Source: Octopus vulgaris
Taxonomy: Eukaryota
Direction of reading: 5' to 3'
Assembly (NCBI GenBank): GCA_951406725.2
Contig: OX597816.1
Location: 146,754,001-146,818,000 of the forward strand
Length of the DNA stretch: 64,000 nucleotides
Each line of letters opens with the position of its first letter. The stretch's first letter is position 1. Below the pieces are notes generated by a model. The model made no database searches and had not been told where the DNA came from. It saw only the letters and a program-made list of their open reading frames with translations. A program made the translations under genes and the position numbers. Shown piece by piece: positions 37,393-50,110 of the stretch.

Positions 37393-38150
37393 TACGAGGT
37401 CTGATTAAAAAATACATTCGGTTTGTTGCCATAATAACGAAACTAAAGCACGCAACATATAGGAGGTCTGATCAACAATTATCTAGACTGTTGCCATAGT
37501 AACTAGGCTAAAGCACGCAACGTATACGATGCCTGATCGACGTGTAACACGTGATATGTAGGGCGTGATGTCTAATGGATTTTCCTTTATTTGATATAAA
37601 TTTAAAATAATGTGTAACGTGTGATTGTCGCACTGACCACGACAGACTAAGTTGTCATGGCAATACCTGCTCAGAGTCCCGCGCAAAGTTTCCGAAAGTG
37701 TATGGGAATAAGTGTATGAGCCGCGCACATGTTTATAAGTAGTTTAGATGTTTCCCAGATGGCCGAAAAAAGTCGAGTTGATATTGACGATCATTCTGGG
37801 AGACCGGCAACTACCAGAGCTGAGAATAATATCGCGTAGGAGCGTGCAGCTGTGAGGGGAAATTATCGAATCACCAGCCGTGAGCTATCTGATGTACAGA
37901 ATAGATACGGTTCAGTTCAGTCTATTATCACTGAAGATTTGGGTATCAGTGTATCTGATAACTTTGTGGCAAAACTGCTTTCAGCTGACCAAAAGTGACA
38001 CTTGGGTTTCAGTTGTACTAGATCTCCTTGGTTAAGTGTAGAACGATGAAAACTGTTTGAAAACTTTACCTAAGCCTCTGAGCAGGTATCGGCAAGCGTT
38101 TGGCAAAATTGATGGAGATTCTCTGTTATGGTCAAGGAGATGATCACATG
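37393..38150 (+). mobile_element. Mariner fragment (same family), head-to-head with the previous copy, with tandemly repeated TIR tips
   Basis: TIR tacgaggtctgat...gttgccata.taac...ctaaagcacgca. Coding remnant KVYGNKCMSRAHVYK*FRCF.DGRK...SGRPAT...ITEDLG...KLLSADQK. Confidence 0.82.
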
Positions 38151-38182
38151 CTTCGCACTTCCCTCCCAAGAGAGAATAATAC

Positions 38183-38203
38183 CTAGCTAGCTAGCTAGCT
38201 AGC

Positions 38204-38272
<69 letters not shown>

Positions 38273-38353
38273 GGATGGATGGATAGATAGATAGACAGAT
38301 AGATGGATAGATAGATAGATAGATAGATAGATAGCTATATAGATAGATAGATT

Positions 38354-38437
<84 letters not shown>
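38183..38437 (+). repeat. (TAGC)n followed by (GATA)n microsatellite
   Basis: Direct observation. Confidence 0.95.
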
Positions 38438-38438
<1 letters not shown>

Positions 38439-39360
38439 TCGGCTTAGGCAGCTGGCTGGATAATGCAGTTGTAAAATATTTAAGGATTACTGGAGTCTTT
38501 GAAACCTTGGTTCAGATTTAAATGCGATGGTCTTCATATATGTGTGTACGTATGTGTGTGAATCCAAACAAGTCAAAAGGATATCAAATATGTGAGGTTA
38601 GGTATGGGCAATAAGGTCCCGGCCAACATCTAATTGCTAGATACAGGATTCAGAATTCAATGAAACTCTGCTCGATGACAAATGGCCCCATTTCAATTTC
38701 GTCCCTAAGCATTCTGTCCTTTGATCATTGAATTACTTTATGAGTGGTTGTGAACGCCAAAGAAATTTGAATGTTTCAGATAATCTATATAATAACCAGT
38801 GTGATTCAATCAAAAAGAATTAAAAGCATTTCGCTTACAGCTACATTCCATCCAGTGGGTTTCCGAATAGAATCCTTTTACTCCACTTCACTCAAAATAC
38901 TATGGTTTTAAAAAATCCCTTGCCAAATTTTCTGCACACGTGAAACTAATCCCAAACTGAAAATTATGAAGCGAATATTGCACACAGTTGACTGTGCACA
39001 GTTGACTGTGCAGCGCATATTTGGCAAAACCTATTCATCTACATAAACATACAAATTTCACATCCATTTACATACACACACATATGCATACATACACGCA
39101 TGCAAGCATACGTACATACATGTGTGCATGCATATATGCGTGCATACATACATGCATACATACATATATGCATGCATACATAAATACATACATGTATGCA
39201 TGCATACTTATATATAAGTGCATACATGCATATATAAATGCATGTATACATACACGCATACATACATACACATATACATACACATACATACATACTTGCA
39301 TACATACATGCATACATACATACATACATACATACATACATACATACATACATACATACA

Positions 39361-39392
<32 letters not shown>

Positions 39393-40598
39393 CATAGACT
39401 CGTACACATATGTGTGTGTCTACATGCTTGTCTTTGTGCGTGTGGATGGGGCTAGGTCAGATAGAAAGAGAATGCGAAAGAGAGTCAGTTCTGATGTATA
39501 GTTATCGATTGATTAATTTATCTTAGATGGGTATTGAAAGCTTATTTTCTATAATAGCGTAATTATGTATCTTTATTGAGAGAATATGAAACAATGAATT
39601 CCATCAATGGTAATGCTAAAACTATTATTCATTCTAAAACAACTATAACAGCTATTTTTACAGTTTCACAAGAACTTTGAAACTGAGATCGTCTTCAAAA
39701 TTAAGTCAAGAGGTCTCGAACATTGCCACCTATAATGTATTATTGTAATGTATTATTTTAAATTTATATCAAATAAAGGAAAATCCATTAGACTAGCAGG
39801 AAAATATTGAAAGTGAAAATATATCAATCTTAAAGAACATTCGTGACTTAAATTTTAGCTGTTTTAATGAAAGCCTTTTATCGGTGAATCTTTATCTTTT
39901 CCAACCTCTCTTTCTTCATTTATGTTTCTCAATCTCTTTATTTTGTATTTTTCTCAGACTTTCTTAATCTTTCTCGATCTTTGTTTCACTCTTGCATTGT
40001 TATTTTGCTTGCCAACCTCTGTACATATACATATGAGAATGCGTGTGTGTATGCGTGTGAGTGTATGTATATGTGTGGATGTGATGCGCGTGTATGTGTG
40101 TTTGAGTCTAACAATCTCAGTATCTATGTTGTCTTCCTTCGATATCTATTAATATATAAGTGTGTGGCTCTGTCTACGTGTATATGAGTGTATTGGGTGT
40201 GTCCCTGTGCATGTGTGTGAATGTATTCACGTGTATGTGTGTGTGGAAGTGTTTGCGTGTGAGTACATGTGTGTGCATATGTATGCATGTGTATGGGTGT
40301 GTGCTCCCTACTTAATAACATTCGCAAGGTATAAGCCAACCGGACCATTAGTATAGTAGTCGACACATGTCTAATGTGCCACTCAGTCGAATCGTTCACC
40401 AGAAACGCGTTATTTTGTAGCCAACGATGAATATTCACAATTATTCCGAGCCTACTGCGTTTATTTTTCCTTACACTCACCTTTACTCACGTGTCAAGGT
40501 TAATGATTTTTAACATCAAATAGAACTGCCTATACCCCATCAGACGTTTGTGGCATTTTGCCCATATTAGGGAATAGTCTTTATGACATTTCTCCTGC

Positions 40599-40645
<47 letters not shown>

Positions 40646-41267
40646 ACACACACACACGTCCGCACACAAACAGTCTCTCTTCGCTTTGTGTGTGTGTGTG
40701 CGTGTGTTTGTGTCTGTGTTTGGGTATTTTTTTATGTATGTATGTATGTATCTATGTATGTATGCGTATACGAATTTAGGTTGATTTGCAGGTATGTATT
40801 TTCATATGTAACTGTATTCGTGCGTATATGTATACGTGACTGATTATGTGTGTGTATATAACAAAGTCTTCATACAAGGAGTGGTTAGCATAGAACTCTC
40901 CGAAGATTTCTCCATGTAAATGAAACGAAAAATGGCTAATCCCTTCTCACAGGTAAACAAAGCAGCAATGGAATGTCAGTTTATCTTCAACATCTCATCC
41001 ACTTGAATTTATTTCTCAGATCTCTAATATCGATCGTTCTTTCAACGATATTTTGAAATCACAAATAATCTTTACATAAACAACCGTACACATGTGCGTT
41101 CCACAAAATCGTTATCAAATTCTTAATTGTAAGTAAACACATACACAAGTTATTTGTAGCGTCAATGTCATAAAAAGTTAAAGAGCTTGAAATATTTAAT
41201 AACTAAACCGATGTAATTTATCTCATGATCATCGCATCCTTAGCCTCTGTTACAGATTCAGAAGAAT

Positions 41268-41415
41268 ATTCTTTTCTATTCTAGGCACAAGGCCTGGAAT
41301 TTTGGGGGAGGTGTCCAGTCGATTAGATCGACCCCAGTACGCAACTGGTACTTAATTTATTGACCACGAAAGGACGAAATACAAAGAAGACCTCGGCGGA
41401 ATTTGAACTCAGAAC
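41268..41415 (-). mobile_element. SINE family C, 5'-truncated
   Basis: ctaggcacaaggcc...gtcgattagatcgaccccagtacgcaactggtacttaatttattgacc...cctcggcggaatttgaactcagaac. Confidence 0.8.
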
Positions 41416-41496
41416 TATACATAGTTAGTACTATGCATATTTATGAATAATCTTACGAAAGTTATATTCCCGGAGGACAGAACCATTCACTTTCTA

Positions 41497-41533
41497 TGAT
41501 GATAAAGATAATGATAACGATGACAATGATGTC

Positions 41534-41608
<75 letters not shown>

Positions 41609-41685
41609 GAAAAAGAAGAAGAAGAAGAAGAAGAAGAAGAAGAAGAAGAAGAAGAAGAAGAAGAAGAAGAAGAAGAAGAAGAAGA
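41497..41685 (+). repeat. Compound (GAT)n(GAA)n microsatellite
   Basis: Direct observation. Confidence 0.95.
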
Positions 41686-41911
41686 ATTTTATTTGTGATT
41701 CGGGTCCATACACTGTACGGAAAGAAGAAAACATTGAAAAGAAATCTTTGAGTAAATCTTTAGGGAACCTCGTCAAATAAATAGCAAGTCTTGAAACAGT
41801 GGGTTTATCCCATGCAAAAATTAAATTCTGAGGTTGTACAACACCAACGCCGAGCCACAAATAGCCAGAACGGTAATATAACGAAAACTTTGCTAAACTC
41901 AAGTCAATATA

Positions 41912-43094
41912 TCTCTTATTATAAAAGGCAGATTTTATCTGCCTCCCTTTGGGAGTTATACAAATCTACAATATAGGATTTCTTCAATTACAATTTACCT
42001 AGCATTTTTAAGAGTACAATGCATCGCGTCATGCCAGGTCCAGTTTTTAAAATTTAAACTCCAATTAAGCAAAATTTACAGAAAACTCACATTCTGGTGT
42101 GTGTGTCAAATGCTTTTCTTAGTCTGGTTTACACCACACGCAAACGCACACACACAGTGTGCAACGAATAAAATGAAAGTAAATAGCGACAGAGTGATTT
42201 GAGGAAGACTAAACTGAAAGTATTTAAACCACTACTCAAAAAATAAAAAAACACAGCAAACAGAAACAAATAAATACATAACCATTTACTCCTCACACAA
42301 TTTCTTGAATTAGAATTTACCTAAGATTTTTCAGAGTACTTCAGTGGGTGATGCCATAAACAATTTCTTTCAATTTTACCACCAATTAAGACAAAATTCG
42401 AGAAAACTCAATATTTTAACATATCACTCCGAAAGCATTGATGTACATGTGTGCGTGCGTGAGTGTGTGCGTGCGTGAGTGTGTGTGTGTCATTCCTCAC
42501 ACACATGCATACACATACATATACAACTACATACAACTACATACACATACAACTACATACAAACACGTGTGTGTTTGTTATTAGTAAAAAAGGCGCCAAA
42601 AATCAACTCACTTATCATTCCAACACATTTGCAAAGACACACGGACGGACAGAAAAGGTAAATTGGTTTTTATTTTACTCTATATATTTTATTATATAAT
42701 ATTATATATAAATATATGTATATATAATTGCAGTATGAAACAGTGTTTATGTATAAACAGACGACACTTATATATAGTTACCAAGCCGCCCGATTTTACC
42801 TATTCATATTTAAATGAGAATATCAGAGCAAATCTCTTTAGTACATTCGTGAAAACACGTATTATACTTCGTAAACACTTCAACTACAGTTTTGTACAAA
42901 AATCGAAGTGTAATTTTAATTCCGTGAATTATGGGAGATTTTTTTCGAAATTTGTTCCTATTGTGTTTCCAAAATTTGTATTTCTGATAAAAAATGGATA
43001 CGAATTTCATTATATCAAGCAGCGAGTCAGAATTCGAAGGATTTTCTACTGAAGACCTTCATAAATCTAACTCTATGACTGAAAAAAAAAAGCA
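41912..43094 (+). mobile_element. Probable Helitron 5' portion, possibly a composite with the element at 43095-43591
   Basis: A|TCTCTTATTATAAAAGGCAG start resembles the tataaacggcag start at 22333. Internal diverged duplication (42045-42095 vs 42365-42415). No CTAG terminus of its own was recognised before 43095. Confidence 0.5.
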
Positions 43095-43591
43095 TCTTTA
43101 TATAAGAGTGAAGTTGTGTGTCTGTCTCCTACGATTTAGATTCCTAACTACTCCCACATTTTGCGGTGCAGTTTAACCAAAAGCGGGTATCTTATAGTCG
43201 TGATTCATATCGAGCCCTTCTGGGTATTAGCGTGCGTCTACGATGAGTCTACGATTTAAAAAAAAAATTACCATCATATTTTTCCCTTTTAATGCATTTT
43301 TTTCGCTTTTATATAAGGGAAGTAACTCTCTAAAAATATCTACGATGTGTCAACGATTTAAAAAAAATTTACCATCATATTTTTCCCTTTTAATGCATTT
43401 TTTTCGCTTTTATATAAGGGAAGTAACTCTCTAAAAATATCTACGATGTGTCAACGATTTAAAAAAAATTTACCTTAATTTTTTTTCAATTTTTAATGCA
43501 TTTTTTTGCTATTTTTTGGCTATAACTCTCTAAAAATGCTTATATAGTTATTTCCCTTACAAACCCGAGCAACGCCGGGCGATACTGCTAG
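43095..43591 (+). mobile_element. Non-autonomous Helitron with internal ~101-bp tandem repeat (x3)
   Basis: A|TC start, 3' hairpin cccgagcaacgccggg, CTAG|T end (AT target, no TSD). Repeat units start at ~43238, 43340 and 43441. Confidence 0.82.
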
Positions 43592-45231
43592 TAACAAATA
43601 AAATGAGAGGATTAACTATATCATTTTTAGCTCCCTTAGCAATCGCTCATAAATTCTTATATGTAATCGAATCGACAGATCTCTCAACTGAACAATAAGT
43701 CAAGGCTACGTACACTAACATGAATAAGATATGTTATAAACGTGATGCATAACTTGGGTACATACAACATTGAAAGAAGTGAGTGAAAATATTTGTACAC
43801 TACAGTTATTTCGATCCATTCCACACACACCCCAAAAAGGCAAAGTAAACGTTACACTGCGAAGCCTTTAATTATGAACATCTGGAAATTGACATAAATA
43901 TAGAGAGTGTCATAGAGGGGCGATTGATCATTACTCTTGTAAGAGAGTAAGAAATTAGCATAAATTATGTCTCCATTGAAGTCTAATGTCAATGGAGACA
44001 TAGAAAAACTCCATCAAAAACTAGCATGAAATATGTTTTCCTATTGTGAATTGCTATCCAGCTGAAGTCAACTTATTTTTCCATGGCTGTGCTCTATAAA
44101 ATAAAGTACCAGTCATGTACTGGAATCCTTATAACAAATATATCCATTCCACCATATTTCAGGCATTTGCCCTACACGTATTTATTTCTGTAAAGCATCA
44201 TTTAGATATGCCTTTGCGTCTGCTAATAACGATAACGAGGGTGTGTATTTTTCATATTTTCATAAGGTTAATTTTTTGACATCTATTGCCATAAGGTGTA
44301 AATCTTAATCTATGATTATTGTGCACACAACACTGGCCAAACCACATTAGCTTTGAGTTATTATATGTGCCAAGATGAACAGCGTTATTAAATGTATTGT
44401 CCCATCTGCTTAGATCTACATCATATTTTGAAATATATATCTTTTAAATGCTTTCCCATCACATCAAAGTTCTGAAGGGCGATTTTAGGTACATTTTCCA
44501 AGCATGTCCAATCAATATTAATCTTTTTGAACGAAAACATTTTATCAGCTGAGAAAGTCTGCGCTTTTGCAATGATCCATTTAATATTTATTCTTTATGG
44601 CAAAATTAACTCCAAGTGCAAATAATAATAAAACAGCTTGATACTACACTTTTATCTCTTCTGCTTGTGTTTTACCTTAATGCCCATGCCTCGCTTAATA
44701 TAGAAGTGAACTGTTTGAATGCCAGCATCAAAAAAATTGCAATTTAATTATATTGATGATTGAACAATTCACGCTACTACCCACGTTAATTAGAGTTATT
44801 ATCAAAAATCATTGCTGCTGTATTTCCATGTAGTATCAGAGATATCGAACATCTGTGACTAGAAGGAGTTGAACCAATGGTGCATCGCATTCACAAAGGT
44901 TACTAAGTGAAATTACAGAGGGGATAAGGAATTGGGAATAAGAGAGTTACTAGTTTAAAAAGGTTTAAAATTACTTCCCCAAATTTCGAGTTCAGTCGGT
45001 AATTTATAGAAAATCAGGGAGAAAATTAATGAGCATTATAGAACTAAGTTATACAAGTGTAAAGTAATTAGTTACAAACATTATTACTTTATTTCGTTCA
45101 TAAATATATGATTACTAGTCTGAAAAATTACTATCTAAGTTTATTTGTTGTTTTATTGGACTCTCCCTGCTATGTCATGTTTGTATATAATAAGTATATG
45201 TCATTGGTAAATTGATATTATTGTTTCAACA

Positions 45232-45500
45232 AAGGCGACAAGCGTGTAGAATCGTTACCATGCTGGGTGAAATGCTTAGCGACATGTCCGTCTTTATGTT
45301 GTGAGTTCAAATTCTGTCAGGATCGACTTCGCCTTTCATCCTTTCAGGATCGATAAAATAAGTAGCTGTTGAACCTAGGTGTCGATTTAATCAGTTTAGC
45401 CCCTTCTCCGAAACTGCTGGCCTACGGCCAAAAATTTGGGCCCGTGTCATTGTTTCAACTTTGATTATCTGTCTCAACGTTCTGAGTTCAAATTCTGTCC
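45232..45500 (+). mobile_element. SINE family C plus a duplicated B-box segment
   Basis: aaggcgacaagcgtgtagaatcgttacc...gagttcaaattctgtc...gcctttcatcctttcaggatcgataaaataagta. Confidence 0.78.
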
Positions 45501-45736
45501 AAATCTGCTATTACTTAAACAGATGCTCCAATGATGACAGATACAAATTAAAATCTATGCACACAGTAAAGAGCCGTGTGTTCAGCAATTGTTCACCATA
45601 AACGCTCTACATGCTTTGAATTTGATGCTTCGTTGGATAATTAACTTTTCTCTCTATCTCTCACCCCTCTCTCTCTCTCTCTGTCGCTCTCTAGCTCTTG
45701 CTCTCTCCGTATACACACACACACACACACATTTAC

Positions 45737-46247
45737 AACGAGGGGGTACCCAAAAGAAATCGAAATTTTGCAGATTTTTACCGACTTAGTTTTACATGTT
45801 TACTCTTTTATCGGCTTCTAAGTATTCCTGACGCGTTTTCCACTACTTGAAGCAGTCCCGGAAGTTTTGCGAAATGACGCATTTTAACGCCTCCGTCGTT
45901 TTTTTTTTTCGTCACCTCTTCCACATTTTCAAATTCCGTAGCACTCGTAAACCTCCGTTTTCCTCATGGCAGCGTCCATGAAAGCTGTTTCAATCATGGC
46001 AACTCTTCCGACCGCCGTTTACCCCAGCAGAAAGCAGAATGTCACGGAAGCACGCTGTTACATCGATTCAGCCACCGCAAAAAAAAAGTGCGAAGTACTG
46101 CTAAACAATGACACACCATGTAACAATACAACTCCACCAGATAAAGCCTAAAGGTTGCATTAAGCGGCTAGTAGCTGCAGAAGCCTTAACTATTAGGAGC
46201 TTGTCCCACAGAAAGTATTTCTGGTTACTTTTAAGTACGTTCTCGTA
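45737..46247. mobile_element. Mariner-type non-autonomous element (MITE)
   Basis: Left aacgagggggtacccaaaagaaatcgaaat versus the right end read in reverse, tacgagaacgtacttaaaagtaaccagaaat. TA at the right flank. Confidence 0.65.
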
Positions 46248-46264
46248 TATATATATATGTAGGC

Positions 46265-46490
46265 TTTTCGTCTTTTACCTTTTTCGATCATTAAACTGCG
46301 GCCATGCCTGGGCATCGCTTTGAAGAACATTAATCAAACGAATCGACCTCAGAATTACCGTTTCTAAGCTTGAAACTTCTATCCGAAAGCTTTTTGCCGA
46401 AACGCTGGGTTACGAGGACATAAAACCAGCAACGCTGTCTGTCAAGCGTTAGTAGGAGTCAAATACAAACACAAAAGCACACGCACATAC
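46265..46490 (-). mobile_element. SINE family A, 3' half
   Basis: ctgcggccatgcctgggcatcgc...aatcgacctcag...gccgaaacgctgggttacgaggacataaaaccagcaacgctgtctgtcaagcg. Confidence 0.7.
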
Positions 46491-46804
46491 AAAATTTAGC
46501 ATAATTTCAGTCTTTCTCACATCAGAACAAACATACTCGGCATAGAGTTATTAGAAATAAAACTGAATAAAGGATATATTTCATTTAATACGTTGAAGGT
46601 TCATAAAACTTATTGATAATTCCGTAAGTGATTACTTTGCTGTTTTTCTCATATGTATTTTTCTCGCTTTTACTCACCCTTGAAACCCTCGTGATAAGTG
46701 CCTTGTATCAGCATGAAGCATGTTCTAGCTGTTGAATAATTAAATGAGTGATAGATTAACGAAATTGTTTTCATAGATCCTATGCTGACTATATATGTAC
46801 ATAG

Positions 46805-46886
<82 letters not shown>

Positions 46887-46887
46887 C

Positions 46888-46930
<43 letters not shown>

Positions 46931-46968
46931 TATATAGATAGATAGACATATAGATAGATAGATTGATT

Positions 46969-47038
<70 letters not shown>

Positions 47039-47091
47039 CAGACAGAAGATAGACAGACAGACAGATAGATAGGCAGACAGACAGACAGATA

Positions 47092-47125
<34 letters not shown>

Positions 47126-47504
47126 GATATATAGATATAGATAGATAGATAGATATGTAGATAGATAGATATAGATAGATAGATATATAGATATATATAG
47201 ACATACTTGATGCAGTTTGCTTTCTCTATAGTTTGTAAACTACTATATTGAAGTGTATTATCAGTTATGAGCTGCAGAGCAAATATACAAACATGAACGA
47301 TGAACGTAAGTTTATACATAGGTTCCTACACATTCTCCGGTATTCTCCGGTATTCCGAAGAACCATGATCGGAAAACGAGCCTATGAACATTGATATAAA
47401 ATTCTATTTACCTTTCTTTGACATACATTCAGACATATATATATATATATATATATTTACATGTACGTGTGTGTGTGTGTGTGTGTGTGTACAAATATAT
47501 GGCA

Positions 47505-47705
47505 AAATGTGTGGCTATGTGGTAAGAAGCTTGCTTTCCAGCCACATAGTTCCGGGTTCTGGAACCTTGGGCAAGTGTTTTCTACTATAACCTCGGGCAG
47601 ACTAAACCCTTGTGAGTGGATTTGGTTTCCAGAATCTGAAAGGAGCCCGTCGTATCTATGTATGTATATATGTATATGTGTATATATGTGTGTGTGTGTG
47701 TGTGT
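47505..47705 (+). mobile_element. SINE family A, 5' half
   Basis: gtggctatgtggtaagaagcttgc...ccttgggcaagtgttttctactataacctcgggc...gaaaggagcccgtcgtat. Confidence 0.82.
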
Positions 47706-48109
47706 ATACTTCTGATTTTCATGACTGATTTACACAAAGATATATATCCTTCTGCATAAGTTTGTTTGTACACAGCGCTCACGTAAACTCCGTACTTTAA
47801 GGCAATAAGATCTTCGACTAGTTTGCATTGGTCCTAATAATTATAGCATGCAATATATAATTATAGATAGTTTACGTTACGTTAATCAACGAATGCGTTC
47901 TATATTTAAAATTACGTCCCCGAGATTGTCGAAACTATAAGCGAAATGATGCCTGCTTCTTACCAAGCGCCTGTATTACTCATTTTATATGTGTATGTCA
48001 CACTCGTTCCTTCTCTTTGTCTCTCTCTCTCTCTCACCCATTCACACATTGTCTCCCTCCTTGTCGTACGCGCGAACTCTATCTCTCTCTATCTTTCTAC
48101 AAGTCTACA

Positions 48110-48490
48110 TGTTCATTTATTTTGAGTGCGGCCATGCTGAAGCACCGCCATTAGTCAAACACATCGACCCCAATACTTATTCTTTGTAAGCCCAGTACTT
48201 TTTCTATCGGAGTCTTTTGCTGAGCCGCTATGTTACAGGGACGTAAACACATCAACGTCAGTGCTAAGCAATGCTGGGGAAACAACCACAGACACACAAA
48301 TGCATACATACGTACGTATATATGTGTGTATACATATATATACGACGGGCTTCTCTATGTTTCCGTCTATCAAACCCACTCACAGGACTTTGTTGGGCCG
48401 AGGCTATAGTAGAAGACACTTGCCCAAGGTGCCATGCTGTGGGACTGAACCCAGAACCAAGCTTCTCACCACACAGCTATTCCCGCGCCT
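48110..48490 (-). mobile_element. SINE family A, near full length
   Basis: Reverse-complement homolog of 2352-2765 (translated EAIVEDTCPRCHAVGLNPE here, EAIVKDTCPRCHAVGLNPE there). Confidence 0.85.
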
Positions 48491-48759
48491 ATGTATATAT
48501 TCGTGTATGTATATATAGATAGACATATACTTTTATATATATATATATAAACATATATATATATATATATGTATATAAACATATATACATATACATATAT
48601 ATGTATACATACATACACAAATGTGTATACATACATATATATATATATATAAACATATATATAAATGTATATATATATGTATATATATAGAGAGAGAGAT
48701 AGATACATACATACATACATGCATACATACATACATACATACATACATACATACATACA

Positions 48760-48790
<31 letters not shown>

Positions 48791-49362
48791 TAAATGTAAT
48801 ATATGTGAGTATATACTTATATATATATATAAGTATATAAACACCTGTTACATATAATACGCTCTGCATTAAAGATTCTGCGTTTATTCCCAGTATCCAT
48901 ATACAATAAAAAAAGCCATAGATGACATTAACCTGTCTATCTGCGTGCACAGTCGTAGTGAATGAGAAGCACTTTGCGTAGATGTATGTAGTTGCATTGT
49001 ATGTAGATGTGTGTAGTTGCATTGTATTTTAACACCTCAGCCTTTGTGTACTTAACTCCTACGTCGGCATGTTATATTCCCATACGAGCCTATCTTTCGT
49101 TATTCTCTTATATCTGATACTCAGTTACCATAATCAAATTTTTCTGCTTAAAAACGTTTAATTCAAAAACTGCTCTTTGCCCTCAAAAAACAAATTAAAA
49201 TCTCACTTTTGTATATAAAAAATGAATTTTTTGTGCATCAATGAATACCACATCTTTTACTAACAAAGTTCAAAGGCAGCTCAATTAACATTGAACTACA
49301 TTCACTCACACAAATCAACGCAAGCTGACATTTACCCTCTCGAAACATCTATGATACACACA

Positions 49363-49436
<74 letters not shown>

Positions 49437-49960
49437 AGCATACATAGAGTGTGTGGGAGTGAGAAAGAGAGCGGGAGAGAGAGAGACTGTGTTGGTAATG
49501 TATGTGTATATGTGTGTATGTATGTAAGAATTCATATATATATATGCGTGTTATTTCAATAACAAAACTGCTGTTCCTTCTACGTAAGTACTACTTCCAA
49601 ACGCCAGATCAAATGAACACACACACACACACACGCACACACACACACACACACACACACGTGCACACACACAAACCCACTCATACACATACACACATAC
49701 TGACATACAGTCAGGCACACACTCACATACATTGATTAAAATATACGTATATTCAATAACTAGTGATACATTGAGAAACATGCTTTACAATATATGACGT
49801 ACCATAGCTTACATGTACTCACACTTTTGAATCAAATAAATGCTATCTCTCATCTAATAAGTATGCCGAGGTCCGTGGATTGCTGGCAGGGTGAAACCGC
49901 TAATCAGTGTGAGGCATTGAATTTCTCATCACCTATAATAGTATATTTTATACATATGTG

Positions 49961-50021
<61 letters not shown>

Positions 50022-50059
50022 TATATATATATATAAAGAGAGAGAGAGAGAGAGATGTA

Positions 50060-50110
<51 letters not shown>

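Noticed and set aside
40380-40415. GAAACGCGTT palindrome resembling PLE hammerhead helix III
   Set aside because: No credible upstream CUGANGA core or helix II.
43238-43530. Regularly spaced repeats considered as a CRISPR-like array
   Set aside because: The units are contiguous tandem copies without unique spacers, inside a Helitron in eukaryotic DNA.
43966-44002. 14-bp-stem hairpin tatgtctccattga/tcaatggagacata
   Set aside because: Isolated and short, with no associated element or motif.
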